Shown here: positions 1 to 11,139 of the stretch, in pieces
Layout of the letters: each line of letters opens with the position of its first letter
How positions within the stretch are numbered: the stretch's first letter is position 1
Assembly: GCF_036321535.1 (NCBI RefSeq)
Contig: NC_087438.1
Coordinates: 111,910,001-111,974,000 of the forward strand
DNA length: 64,000 nt
Direction of reading: 5' to 3'
Source of the DNA: Camelus dromedarius
Taxonomy: Eukaryota
The notes under the pieces: model-generated
Databases searched by the model: none
The model's input: the letters and a program-made list of their open reading frames with translations, nothing else
Told to the model about the DNA's origin: nothing
Position numbers and translations under genes: made by a program

Positions 1-254
1 CTGCAAAACAGAGGTTGAATAAAAGAACTCCCTGGTAGACACAGCTTGTGATCAGAATGTGGAACTCACAATAGAGAGCAAAAGCTGAAAATGTAGCCTG
101 TAAAATTATTTAGGGAAAAACTGATGAAGGGTGGGTAACTGGTTATAAGGGGAAAGAAGGACATTTCAGAGAAATTCCAATCTTGGAGGCTGATGCAGAG
201 AGGACGACTGTTTCCATACCTCATTTTTTTAGCAATAAGATGGAGTTATGACAG

Positions 255-425
255 CTTCCACCAGTGAGCACTTACTGAGCACCAGACATTGTGCTGGGTG
301 CTTTAAACGCATTGTCTCACATAATCTTCATTGACTGGGCTGGCAGGTCTTAATATTACTCTTTTTATAGATAAGGGAATTGGGATATTAGGAGAGGTTG
401 ATGAAATGACTCGAGGTCAGAATCA
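255..425 (-). mobile_element. MIR SINE fragment
   Basis: GAGCACTTACTGAGCACCAGACATTGTGCTGGGTGCTTT ... TTTTTATAGATAAGGGAATTGGG resembles the reverse complement of the MIR consensus. Confidence 0.75.
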
Positions 426-484
426 CGAGTCAGGTTCAGGCAGTCCATCTGACTCTGGAGCCTAGGGCATCAAATCATTTCTTG

Positions 485-650
485 GGCCAGCTTTGGAGTG
501 AGGCACATCTGTGAGGTTCAGCTCTGTAGCTCTCAACACTGCATTCTTGAGCAATTACTGAATATCTCTGCGATTCAGTTTCCTCGTCTGTAAAATAGGT
601 TTTGCCCCAGGGTTGTGCTGACGATCAGGTGAGATGATATTAGTGAAAGT
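485..650 (+). mobile_element. MIR SINE fragment
   Basis: CTTTGGAGT head and core TCAGTTTCCTCGTCTGTAAAATAGG...AGGGTTGTG. Confidence 0.8.
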
Positions 651-1184
651 GTGTGGCTAGTCTGCCAGACAGGTGGGCAAACAACTCTCCTAGTTTTATT
701 GGGGTTTCCCCATGTTTTGCACCAAAAGTCTGCATCCTTGGAAATCTCTCAGTTCCAGGCAAGTCGGGTTAGTCATATCACCTCCACGCAAATCCCATTC
801 CAACCTGCAGAGTATTTGGACAAAGGGCTAATAGATTTCGGAGAACAGGAAGCAGCTCAAGGAGGCAAATGAGTTTCAGCTGATGTTCTAAGCCACTGTC
901 AACTCTTGTGGGTTGAAAGGCTTCAGAGAAAGTCCCCCTGATAAAGAGTGTGAGAAAAGTGGAGGAGTTAGAGCAGGGTTTGGGAAACAGGATGTTTGCC
1001 AAGCCATGGTGCTAATGCTTCAGATCTGTGAGCCTCCCATTCACAGCCTGTCAAGTGTTCAGAGGCCAGATACAAGCTTGCAAAGGTCGGGGATGGAGGG
1101 GGGACGTCCAGGTGGAAAACTCAGCTACCTTTGGTGTTTCCACGTATAGCGTTCCCTCGTCTCCCTTTCATAGAAAATGGATCT

Positions 1185-1365
1185 TGGTGGATTTGAATCT
1201 GACTTTGACATTGACTAACCACATGATATTGGACCAAGCTATTTCATCTCTTTAATCCTTAATTACTGCATCCATAAAATGGAAATGATGGTCATCCTGA
1301 CCTTCTGTGGTATGGTTAAGATGCAATAAGAAATTGTGCCTGACATGAAGGAAGTAGTCAATAGT
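1185..1365 (+). mobile_element. MIR SINE fragment (degenerate)
   Basis: GGATTTGAATCTGACTTTG...CATCCATAAAATGGAAATGATGG...TGTGCCTGACAT...TCAATAG follows the MIR order. Confidence 0.65.
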
Positions 1366-1431
1366 TTTTAGTTACTGCTATCACTACTACTATTCCTATT
1401 TAAACTATTATTATTAGGTATTCTATTAGGG

Positions 1432-1587
1432 TAGGGTTGCCAGACTTTGAAAATAAAAATGTAGTATGCCCAGTAAAATCTGAATTTCAGGTAATAATAA
1501 TTCTCAGGACATATTTATGCTGTAAATGCATTGTTTATTTGCAATTCAAATTTAATGGGGCATTCTACATTTTATCTGGCAACCCTA
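1432..1587. mobile_element. MER53 palindromic hAT MITE
   Basis: Terminal inverted repeats TAGGGTTGCCAGA / TCTGGCAACCCTA; internal CCCAGTAAAATCTGAATTTCAG vs TTCAAATTTAATGGGGC; 8-bp flanks TATTAGGG / TATTAGAG (7/8). Confidence 0.9.
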
Positions 1588-1590
1588 TAT

Positions 1591-1690
1591 TAGAGTGATC
1601 AACCATCCTGGTTTCCCCAGGTCTGAGGGATTTCCCAGGATGCATGACTTTTAATCTAAAGTCGGGACACGGGCATGATTGGTCACTTTA
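1591..1690. mobile_element. MER81 (hAT-Blackjack) MITE
   Basis: TAGAGTGATCAACCATCCTGGTTT...GAGGGATTTCCCAGGA...TTGGTCACTTTA matches the recalled TAGGGTGACC...GGTCACCCTA structure. Confidence 0.8.
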
Positions 1691-2329
1691 CTAAGGTAGC
1701 AGTCTGGCTGCTTTTTAGAAGGTCACATTTGAAACTCAGATGATGGTTAGAGGCTCTCTTCCCCTAAAAACACACACATCCACCTGAATGCAGTGTTTTG
1801 CATACATTTTCAGGAATTTCTTGGATCTTTTGAAGCTTATCCATGAATGCAAGCTCAGAACCACAAGCTCTGAAAAATCATTCAGGTTCCAAGATTCTTT
1901 CCTTATTCTTCTTTTGGTAAAACTTGTGAAGATCTTTTGAAGAGACCCAGGAAACAGGTGCTGAGGGAGCTGGGGCCCACTAGTCACTCCCAAAATGAGT
2001 TTTCAGTAGATCAGTTCATTGATCGACAGTGTGAAGATTAGTGCATGTGTCTACTTAGCATAAAATGAAGTAGTCTCTGTGCTGAAATTCATCCACTTAG
2101 GTTCATCCAAGCCTTTCCTTTAAGTCCACTTTGAGGTCACAGTGAGCTGTTTTGATGGTCCAGATTGATTGGGTTGATTGAAGTTTCTTATTTTCTATTT
2201 CACTGTAGGAAGAGTTGAAGCAGGTCACAGTCCCATCGGAATTGGGAGATAGATAGGAAATATGAAAAAGGCATATGCTCACCTGGCTCTTGCTCCGTTT
2301 TCTTCACAGCACATAGTAGTTTTTACTGT

Positions 2330-3050
2330 TTTAGAGAACATAATAAAATACACACACAAGTGGCTGAGTATAACAAATAAAGACAGCGTTAAGAGTGATA
2401 ATAAATGAACGACCGTGTACCCACCACCCAGCCTAAGAAACAGAACATCATCAGTCATTTGATGACAGCTGTGAGTCCTTCATTTCACTGTTGTCCAGTG
2501 TTCCAGTGAATAAATATATTCCAGCCTATTTATCCATGATATTTTCAAGGGGCATTAGGGTGTTTCTAGTTTTGTTTTTATTTTCCTGTTACAAACAATA
2601 CTGTTAGCATCCTCACATATGTCTTCCTGGTACACAAGGACAAGTGTTTGTGTAGTGTGTACGTTTTGGAGCAGAATTGTTAGTTTGGAGAATGAGTGTG
2701 TCTTCCACTCCATGCTGATTGTTTTCCCAGGTGTTAATAGAATTTACAGTCCCACAAGCAGCGTACGGGAGTTCCCATTTCTCCATATCCCTACCCTCCA
2801 CCCCGCCTGCCAACACGTGGTATTGTCATACTTGTTAGCTTTGGCCTATCTGGCAGATGTGAAGTAGTATCTCATTAAAATTAACACATTGTTTTCTTAT
2901 CACTTATACGGCTGAGCATCTTCTTTAATGTTTCTTGCTATCCGTTGTTTCCTTTTGTGTGAAATGCCTGTTCATGTCTTTTGCTAATTTTCTGTTTTTA
3001 TAGCTTAGATGCGTTGCTTGTATATGTTGCATGTATCTCTTCCCAGGGGT
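2330..3050 (-). mobile_element. Old L1 (L1ME-type) 3' fragment
   Basis: GTGTACCCACCACCCAGCCTAAGAAACAGAACAT, CCCACAAGCAGCGTACGGGAGTTCCCATTTCTCCATATCC, GAAATGCCTGTTCATGTCTTTTGC are antisense L1M 3' motifs. Confidence 0.8.
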
Positions 3051-3089
3051 TTTCTGGTCACTGTCTTTGAGGAATGGTTTCTTATCTGC

Positions 3090-3250
3090 TCGTGCTTGTC
3101 ATGCTTACATGGCTTGTTCAGTGCCTGCCCCTCGGACTAGACTGTAGCTGCATGAGGTCAGGCATTGAGTCTGTCTCTGTCCCCAACGCTAGCAAAACAC
3201 CTGACCTACATATATAAATACAGCTGCACATAAATGTGTTGTATGATGTG
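3090..3250 (+). mobile_element. L2 3' end
   Basis: CTAGACTGTAGCTGCATGAGGTCAGG...ATAAATGTGTTG. Confidence 0.7.
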
Positions 3251-3319
3251 AAGTTGTTGTTTTAAACTGCCTTTTACAGAGAAGGGCAGAGCAGGTTAGG
3301 TGGAAAATCTTTGCCATTG

Positions 3320-3510
3320 AATCATGGTTAAAAACATGGGTTCTGGGTGCTGCTGCCACTTACTAGCTCAGTGGCCAATTAACCTTTCTGTGCATCAGAT
3401 CCTTCATCTGTAGAATGCTACCCGTCTTATAGGACTGTTCAGTCAATAGGTTTAAGGAACTCTGAGCGGTGACTGGCACGTTGTGAGCACCCTGTTAAGT
3501 GTTACTAATT
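3320..3510 (+). mobile_element. MIR SINE
   Basis: GGTTAAAAACATGGG...CTGCCACTTACTAGCT...TTCATCTGTAGAATG...ATAGGACTGTT...CTGGCAC. Confidence 0.8.
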
Positions 3511-4530
3511 TTCCGCTGGGTGAAAACCCAGGTTAAAGGTTTCTGATTGTGAATTTGGTAGTCAGAGAGTGCTGGCTTATTCTACATGATATGGGGAGAA
3601 TATTTGAAATTACAGGGACAGCTAGCTGGGTGTTGGGTAGAGAAGGGGCTAGGTAAGGGACACCCGGGGATGGAGTACCTGAGAAGGGACTTTGAAAACA
3701 TCACTGTCAACTATGAATTTTGAAGACTAGCAAAAGTTTTCTAATCTGATATGACAAGCGCAGTTGCACAGTTAATTAAAAAGTGGTTAAATCAGGATAT
3801 CATTAAAAAACACATTTATATTTTAACTGAAGTCACATAATGTGTTCATTGACTCATTATTTGATGTCTGGCCAAAGTCTTTGTTTTCTGGCCAAGTGGC
3901 TGCTTTTGGAGTTCCTTGCTTTTCTTGCACTCAGGCACTCCAAATGCATTATCTGTGAATTCTAGTTTTTATTTTTTTTTAAATTGGATCATCCAGTTAA
4001 AAGAACCTTGGGAAGTAATCTCAGCACAGAGTCCTTCCAAAGGTTTACTGTTATTCCACATCATTTATAGTGGTCTTTTTTCTCAAAGATCCAACCTGAC
4101 AATAATTTCTCTAGATACACCTTTGTGAAGGTTTATACAGAATATTTAGCTTAGTTTTGATAGAAACAAGAGCTATATGTTTATGCTTACATTTTGTCTG
4201 TTTGTTCATATTGAATTAAATTACATACCTACAGTAGCAGCACAACCGACTCAAACATGATTGGAGATAACAGTGTTTGGGCATCAGTTATGAGTTGTAT
4301 AAAGGCTCTAGGGAGCTTGGATCTATCCAGTGGGCAGTCAGGTAGAGGTCATTTAATGTGGCTTCTAATGTAGGTTGCTGGAGGCCATGTGCTCCATTGG
4401 GTCACCTTGGTTCCTTTATGCTCTTTGGAACAGCTGACAACTGACCTCCTGAAACTCCTTTCTTATATCCCTTACATGTATTGGGTTCCATTTTCCTTGA
4501 GCACAGGGAAGCTCTGGTTCTCCTGTATGA

Positions 4531-4596
4531 ACAGTAAAGGACAAATGAGTATGTGCGTTGTGGACAGTGAGGAACAAATGAGTATGTACATTGGAT
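4531..4596. repeat. Diverged 33-bp tandem duplication
   Basis: ACAGTAAAGGACAAATGAGTATGTGCGTTGTGG followed by ACAGTGAGGAACAAATGAGTATGTACATTGGAT; shared 14-mer ACAAATGAGTATGT. Confidence 0.75.
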
Positions 4597-4774
4597 TGAA
4601 CCGAGGTTGGAATGGCCATGTGCTGATGCTCTGTCCTACACCTTCTTTAATCCATATTCCATGGATGAAAACACTGGGCAAGGGTTGGTTTAGCTGGTTT
4701 CATTATCTGGGTTCTGAATTCCCAGGGGTCCTGGACTATTTTTTAATTAACAATAATACTTATTTTTTAAATTA

Positions 4775-4995
4775 GATTTTTTAAAAAATTAAAGTATAAT
4801 TGACATACAACATTGTGTTAGTTTCATGTGAACAACCTCATGATTCAATATTTGTATGTATATGAAATGATCACCACAATAAGTCTAGTTAACATCCATC
4901 ACCATACATAAATACAGAATTTTTCCTGTGTTAAGAATTTTAAGATCTATTCCCTTAGCAACTTTCAAAATATATACTGTTATTTTAATAGCTAA
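4775..4995 (-). mobile_element. L1 3' end (L1MA/laurasiatherian type)
   Basis: T-rich tail then AAAGTATAATTGACATACAACATTGTGTTAGTTTCA...TGATCACCACAATAAGTCTAGTTAACATCCATCACC...TTAAGATCTATTCCCTTAGCAACTTTCAAA. Confidence 0.85.
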
Positions 4996-4999
4996 ATAA

Positions 5000-5165
5000 G
5001 TTCTTACTGTGAACAGATGTTGAACTAGACACTTTCTATGCATAATCTCATTGAATCTTTCCAACAACACTATGAGGTGAGTACTATTATCTTGAGGAAA
5101 CTGAGACTTTTAAAGTAAAACAAAAAGAGCCAGGATTTAAACTTGGTCTGTCTGACTTTAAAGCT
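5000..5165 (-). mobile_element. MIR SINE
   Basis: AACACTATGAGGTGAGTACTATTATC...GAGGAAACTGAGAC...GCCAGGATTTAAAC...TCTGACTTTAAAGC. Confidence 0.8.
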
Positions 5166-6116
5166 GCTGCTCTTAAGGACTGTGTGGAAATATTGCCTCC
5201 TGAGCAACCAGAGGAGGCTGTACTTTTTTTCTCAGTTCTAGACAGACCACAAGGAGTATCTTGCCACCCCGTTCTGCAGACTTGCCTGAGCTGAACTCTG
5301 TTGTCAGCTGAGAAGCTGTCCACTGGGCTTCTTCCAGGATGTGAGGAATCTTGAAATTGCTGCTCCATCTCAGGATCACAGTGTTCAGGTCAGAGCAACA
5401 GAAAGAAACTTCCAAACAGCCTGGGACTAATGACACTATAAAACCCAGGCCTTTGAAGGTCAAGGCTACAGCAGCCACAGGAACAGTGCAAATAGGAATG
5501 GCCATCTGAGAAACCCACCCAAATGTATGAAGAAAACCGGAACAAAACTGAGGGAGGAAGAAGTTGGAGGAGGGGTATGTTTGTGACTTCCTGGAACACT
5601 TGGAAATAATAGCAATTCTTAATCTCATGTGCTCAAGAAATATTGCACTTCTCTTTCCTTTAAAACAACCTAGGTCCTCACTCCCTGGTAGACTAGAAAT
5701 TGAACCTTGTGTAGTCCTGGGGACATCTCTTGGGGAGGGCCCCCGGTCATTGGCCATGCGTGTGCCTTGGTTGCTGAGATCCTCATGAACCCAGTCCACG
5801 TGGTGGGATTCTTGCTCTGCTGCTTTTAATGCACAAATGTTGCAAGAACGTTGTTGTCAAAGTAGAGAACTACACAACCATCTTGTGTATTTTTCTAGAA
5901 CATTGCCAGTCAGCCCGCTCAGGTCTCTGCTGTTCGCTGAGAGAACGCAGCCCTCTGTCTTCCCCCTCAACTTCTGAAACTCTCCTTAATCTTTAGAGAA
6001 ATTACTTTTCTTCTCGCTCCTACCTGAAGAATTCCCTTTAGTCTCCGATCCTGTTCTCCCATCCTTTCAGGACTCCTGGCCTAGATTTCTAAATCTACTC
6101 TGCAGTAGATTTAGAC

Positions 6117-6410
6117 CAAGGATTGCAAACTCAAATGACTACAGAGGCCGGACAGGAATGGAAGTGAATGGAATGGCAAGGGCTTGGCACGTGGTCTCTC
6201 TAAAGGCGGCTGCTACCTAGTTCTGACTTGCTGTTGTCACTCGTGTTGCCCTGTGCTGCTGGGTCTTCAGATTTTTCAAGAAAAGCTAGAAGTCCAGACT
6301 TTTATGGAGCAATCTCCTCCATGTCAAATGTTGGCTCAAGCATTTAAAATTATTCTGTGTAGGCCGAAGTAAAATGTCCATGGGCTATCAGGTTGCCACT
6401 GCCACTGCAG
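6117..6410 (+). mobile_element. MER102 (hAT-Charlie) MITE
   Basis: CAAGGATTGCAAACTCAAATGACTACAGAGGCCGGACAGG...GATTTTTCAAGAAAAGCTAGAAGTCCAGACTTTTATG...AAATGTTGGC...TGTGTAGGCC; left flank ATTTAGAC resembles the NTCTAGAN target. Confidence 0.75.
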
Positions 6411-7014
6411 GCTTTTGAGAACAAAAGCCAGGGAAGAAAAGTATTTTATGTCACAGACCTTCCCTGGGGCAGGGACGCACAGAGCTTCGTACCTTATTGG
6501 ACACAGGGAAAAGGAAAGGTGAAAAGCTAGGAAGGAAAAACATATAAATGAATTTCTCGAACAATTGTCCTACTACAAAAAAATGTTGCTTTTACTCACA
6601 ATGTCTGCTTTCCTGAAAAGAAAGCTTCCTTAGATTTTAGGCTTTGCTTTCCTCACATCAGTTACTTAGAGACTAATAAGTTAATTTACTTTTGATTCAA
6701 CTGAAATTGCACACAAGTCTGCGTTTTGAGTGATCTTGTGTTGTGAACACAGAGTGTATACCCATTGGATGGTAAAGCCAGCATGATGTATTGTGTTGCT
6801 GGATTCAAGGTTTAGTGGGATGAACTTGGTTCGTGCCTGGTTTTTGATGCAAATTTTGCTCATTCTGGTTTTCAGAAAACATTGCCAACTCTGGAGAGAC
6901 ATTTCATAGGGATGTGCTAACGATTCAAAGGACGAGAAGCGTGAAAGGGTACACAGAGTCAACTCCCAGTCTTCTACTCCTGTTAGTGAATGAATTTACG
7001 TTTATGGAGCCCTC

Positions 7015-7520
7015 TGTCAGTCCAGGTTCATCTGGCTGTAAGTGACAAATACCCAGTTCAAACTGGCTTAAGTAGAGAAGGGATTTTCATGGAAGAGTGA
7101 AAAATTCTCTCTCTCTCATTGTATGCTTTGGGACTTACCTAATGCCATGAGAACTTGGTTTCTCTCCAGTTCTTAGCTCTGCCTCATGCCGTGTTGGCTT
7201 CATTCCCTACGATGGCCCTGGATGTTTCAGACTCAAATTCTCCTTACTACCAGCAGACCCAGGGGAAAAGACGGTGCCTTTCTCCCACTAGTCCCATGAA
7301 AATCCTCTGCATCTCTGATCAGGTTACAAATTCACCTCCCCCCACCTAACCCCCAAACAGATTGCTTGGCTTGGGGAACTCAGCTGTTTGATTGGCTAAG
7401 CCTGAGTTACCACCAATCCCCCACCCCTACCCCAACGCCTGTTGGAGGCTGAAATAGAATCAACTCTCCTCAAAGTACATTGATTGAGAGCTAGAAATGG
7501 GGGCTCCAGAGCAAGGTTGG
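7015..7520 (-). mobile_element. MLT1 (old MaLR, MLT1J/K-like) solo LTR
   Basis: TGTCAGTCCAGGTTC...GGCTGTAAGTGACAAATACCCAGTTCAAACTGGCTTAAGTAGAGAAGGG...GATTGGCTAAGCCTGAGTTAC. Confidence 0.7.
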
Positions 7521-8199
7521 GATGCTATTACTTGAAGAAGTATTTATGGATATTGGGTGGAAAAGTAGTAGCTGTCTACGCTGAGTACTTACTCAGAGTG
7601 ATAAATACATGGTTTTCATCATCGTATCTCCAATATATTATTAGATCACCTTCAGAATTTTTAACAAATGTGCCAGTGGTGAATACTGTTAACTTCATGT
7701 AATGGAGATATGATTTAGGGAAGTCAAATATGAGGGGGAAAGTTGAATATTGTATGTGCAGGACCCTGGTTATATCTGGGAAGATTTGGAGATGGGACCA
7801 ATAATTCATCAGGTGCCAGTGACTTGTTTAAACAGTAAAACTGAAAGCTCTATGAAGGCAAGAATCATGACTTGTCCTGCTTGATTTTTTCTCACAGGCC
7901 CTGGATTCACAAAGGTAAGCATATAAGAAATAACCAGTGGTTTGAATCATTGAGAAATCGATGACATGCCAGGAAATAACAGCTGCCACTTATAGAACAT
8001 TATCTCCTCAGCTCTCTAAGACTTGGTTTATAGCCCAACTATGCCAGCAGGTGACTCAATGATCTCAAACATCAGCTGTAAGTTGGGACTAATAGCAATA
8101 CTTATGCTGATTGCTGTGAGGCATACATACACAGAAGGCCCTTGGTGTGGTCCGCACTCACTGAGTGCTGGCTATTATCTTTACATTTTTTTTTTTTTT

Positions 8200-8390
8200 A
8201 TGATTAACACTTTATACTACCATGTTTTATTCTTCAAAAAAACCTACAAGGAAAATACTATTTTTATCTCCATTTTGCGTATGAGAAAACAGACTCAGAA
8301 AGTTTAAGCTACTCAGTCATGGTCCTGTGTCAAGAGGGGTGGGGCTGAAATTTGAACCCAGTTTTGCCTGACTTCAGATTCCATGCCCTG
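8200..8390 (-). mobile_element. MIR SINE
   Basis: ATCTCCATTTTGCGTATGAGAAAACAGACTCAGAAAG...ATTTGAACCCAG...CTGACTTCAGA. Confidence 0.8.
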
Positions 8391-8904
8391 CATTACTGTT
8401 CTCTTCTGCCTTCCCACCCTTTAGTACACCAATTGAGAAGACTCAGGTTACTCAATCTTTGAATTCCTGTTTCCTTGTGGGAGAATGAGGCAAACCACTG
8501 GTAATGTGGAAAGAAACCAAAGAACCTCTTGCCTCGTTTAATTATTTTTCCCATCGGAGGGTAGTTCTGCAGAGTCCCCACACTGAGGCTTCTGTAACAA
8601 ATATTTTGCACATGAATATGCCGCATAAGGCCATCCTTCAGTCAGACCAGAGACCTCAATAAATGCTATGGCCTCAGACATCTAGATGGCAACCCACGCA
8701 TGGCTCATCACAAAACTGTGATAGTTGTCTCAGGGATGACAGTGGCTGCCAAGCTCCCTTCCTCTCAGTCATGGACAGCCAGCAGGGGGATTTCACTGAA
8801 GAGTTAAGAAGTGCTTGTTTGTTCTGAGCTCTTTAAAAAATATTCTCTCACCTAATCTTCTCAAGAACCCCTTGAGGTTAAACTATTGCCTCTGCTTTCA
8901 TTTG

Positions 8905-9130
8905 AATCCAAAATAGAGTGCTTACTCTGTGTTAGGTGCTCTTCTGTTTCATATACACTGGGTTACCTTGTTTAATCCTCATAAACAACCCCGTGAGGTA
9001 AGATACTATTATTATAATCCCTATCCTACAGGTAAGGGGATAAAGTTTGGGAAGATGCAATCTGCCCATGATCACACGATCACACGGTAATTAGGAGCCC
9101 TGGGATTTGAACCCAAGCAGTCTGGCCTCA
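8905..9130 (-). mobile_element. MIR SINE
   Basis: GTGCTTACTCTGTGTTAGG...TTTAATCCTCATAAACAACCCCGTGAGGTAAGATACTATTATT...GGGATTTGAACCCAAGCAGTCTGGC. Confidence 0.85.
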
Positions 9131-9339
9131 GGAAACACACTTATCTACTCACTACCCTGGGAAGTCCCCTCCCATTCCTCCCCGTAGCTTAAAAATACTT
9201 AACTCTTTGCTGCCCCTGAAACTTTAAGGAAATAAACACAGCAGCTCTGCCCAATATGAATGTTGTCGATGTTCAAACTCATTAAGTGAATTTTCTAGAA
9301 TATTTGGCTTAGGTAATTAGAAAAGGAAGAAGCTGTGAA

Positions 9340-9520
9340 GGGTGCTGACCTTGTACTTAGACAGATATGAGGCATTTATTGACTGCATGACCTTGGACAA
9401 GTTACTTTAGTTCTTAGAACCTCAGTATATTCACTAGTGAAGTAGGGTAATAGTATGCCTGCCTCCTGGGGTGTAATGAAGATTCTATGAATAAACCATG
9501 TAAAGACCTTACGTATATAT
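9340..9520 (+). mobile_element. MIR SINE
   Basis: GCATGACCTTGGACAAGTTACTT...CCTCAGTA...TGCCTCCTGGGGTGTAATGAAGATT...TGTAAAG...GTGCCTGG. Confidence 0.75.
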
Positions 9521-10721
9521 GTGCCTGGAAAGAGGAAAGACTCCAATAAATGGTACATATTTTTACTCTTATGGGCAAAGATTTTGCCATGATAGGGACT
9601 GATTTAGTGCAGGTGTCAAACATACCCCCATGAACACCATTTAAAAAACTCCTTCATTTTGTAGTTAATCACTTGACTGTGTTATGTCATGACTGTCCGT
9701 CTCTTTTACTGAGCTATAAACTCCATTAGACGGTAAACTCCATGTATAGGTTCATGATGTCCAGTCTTGATGCACGGCCTCAAGATGCGTGGATCTTGGG
9801 GACCTGGGTGTGCAGAAGGAATATCTTGTGTCCAGTGACTTGAACAAGGTTTGCACATTTTAGATTAAAGCATTTAAAGGACAGCTCTGGGTATGGGGAC
9901 ATTAGTTTACAAAACCCAATCGAGGGTTAATTCTGTGCCATTTTGGATCAATGTCATCTCATGGGAAGTCTTCTGTTTCAAGTTTGGTTCAAGAGTGACT
10001 CTTTGCAGGTTTGGGTTTAGGTCCGTGTCCCCTGGTCAGTGACCTTTCTCTTTGTCTGGAGACTCTCCACTGTAGCACCCAACTTTAAACATCCTCTCCC
10101 AAAGTGGCCCTTCCTTTGTTTCACTTAATAATTATCTGTATTTGGGAGGACAAACACTGAAGTGTTGACAGTTGTTCTTCGAGGGTATAAAGTACATAGC
10201 ATAGATCTTGGCGTAGTTTTTGTTAAAGAGAAAGAACAAAGAAAAGAGAAGAAACAAAGAAAGAGCCAGACTTTTACTTAAAACTGAAAAATATCCTCTC
10301 CCACTCTTGCCCTCATAAACACTAAATATATATTATGGTGACATTTTTAGCCCATTCTGAAATGTATTGTTTTGTTTCCTGTGAGTCATTGTCTGTTTCT
10401 TCTATGTTAAAAAACATATTAAATATCGATGTGATGATATAAATATATATGTGTGGGTGGATGGGAGGGTGAAGGGAATTTTAAATTCTTAGAAGGGAAA
10501 TAGCTTTCTCCCAGGTTCCCACATCATCAATCAACTCATCACATCGTCAGTCTACTTCATTTTCTCCCTTGAAACAAAATTGAATAATCACTTCTGGTTT
10601 TAAAGCTTGAGAAAAAAAAAATTCAGAAATTTCTGGAAATGGCCCATTATTCGGGGGGTCTGTAGACTTCTTGGTAACCTTAATCCTGGATTGTGGGGAT
10701 GTCCAGCCGCTATTTCCATTT

Positions 10722-10740
10722 TGGGCAGTAGAGGGCAGAC
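10722..10740 (+). promoter_or_regulatory. Candidate CTCF motif
   Basis: TGGGCAGTAGAGGGCAGAC fits CCASYAGRKGGCRS with one core mismatch (G for the first C). Confidence 0.4.
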
Positions 10741-10764
10741 GTCTCCAGTCCTGCCGACCCAAGA

Positions 10765-10928
10765 NNNNNNNNNNNNNNNNNNNNNNNNNNNNNNNNNNNN
10801 NNNNNNNNNNNNNNNNNNNNNNNNNNNNNNNNNNNNNNNNNNNNNNNNNNNNNNNNNNNNNNNNNNNNNNNNNNNNNNNNNNNNNNNNNNNNNNNNNNNN
10901 NNNNNNNNNNNNNNNNNNNNNNNNNNNN
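10765..10928. other. Assembly gap (164 N)
   Basis: Run of N. Confidence 1.
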
Positions 10929-11139
10929 TCCTAGATTCCAGGCCCACAATAACTTTGCGTAGGAGAAAGACAAATGTGACTTCCTTACACAAAACATTGG
11001 CAGGGTTTCATTTCACAAACTCTTATCTGAAGGGCTGGAGATTGCAGTGTGGTTTCTCCAGCCATCTGAAGAGAATAAAATAAAAGGGAAACTGGAAACC
11101 TAAACCAAATTCTGGAATCTCTCTGTGTTTCCATAGCTT

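Noticed and set aside
701-710. Perfect NF-kB consensus GGGGTTTCCC
   Set aside because: A single 10-bp degenerate motif is expected by chance at this window size, with no supporting cluster.
5173-5799. 208-aa ORF on the minus strand
   Set aside because: No recognisable homology or domain motif, with unremarkable random-like composition.
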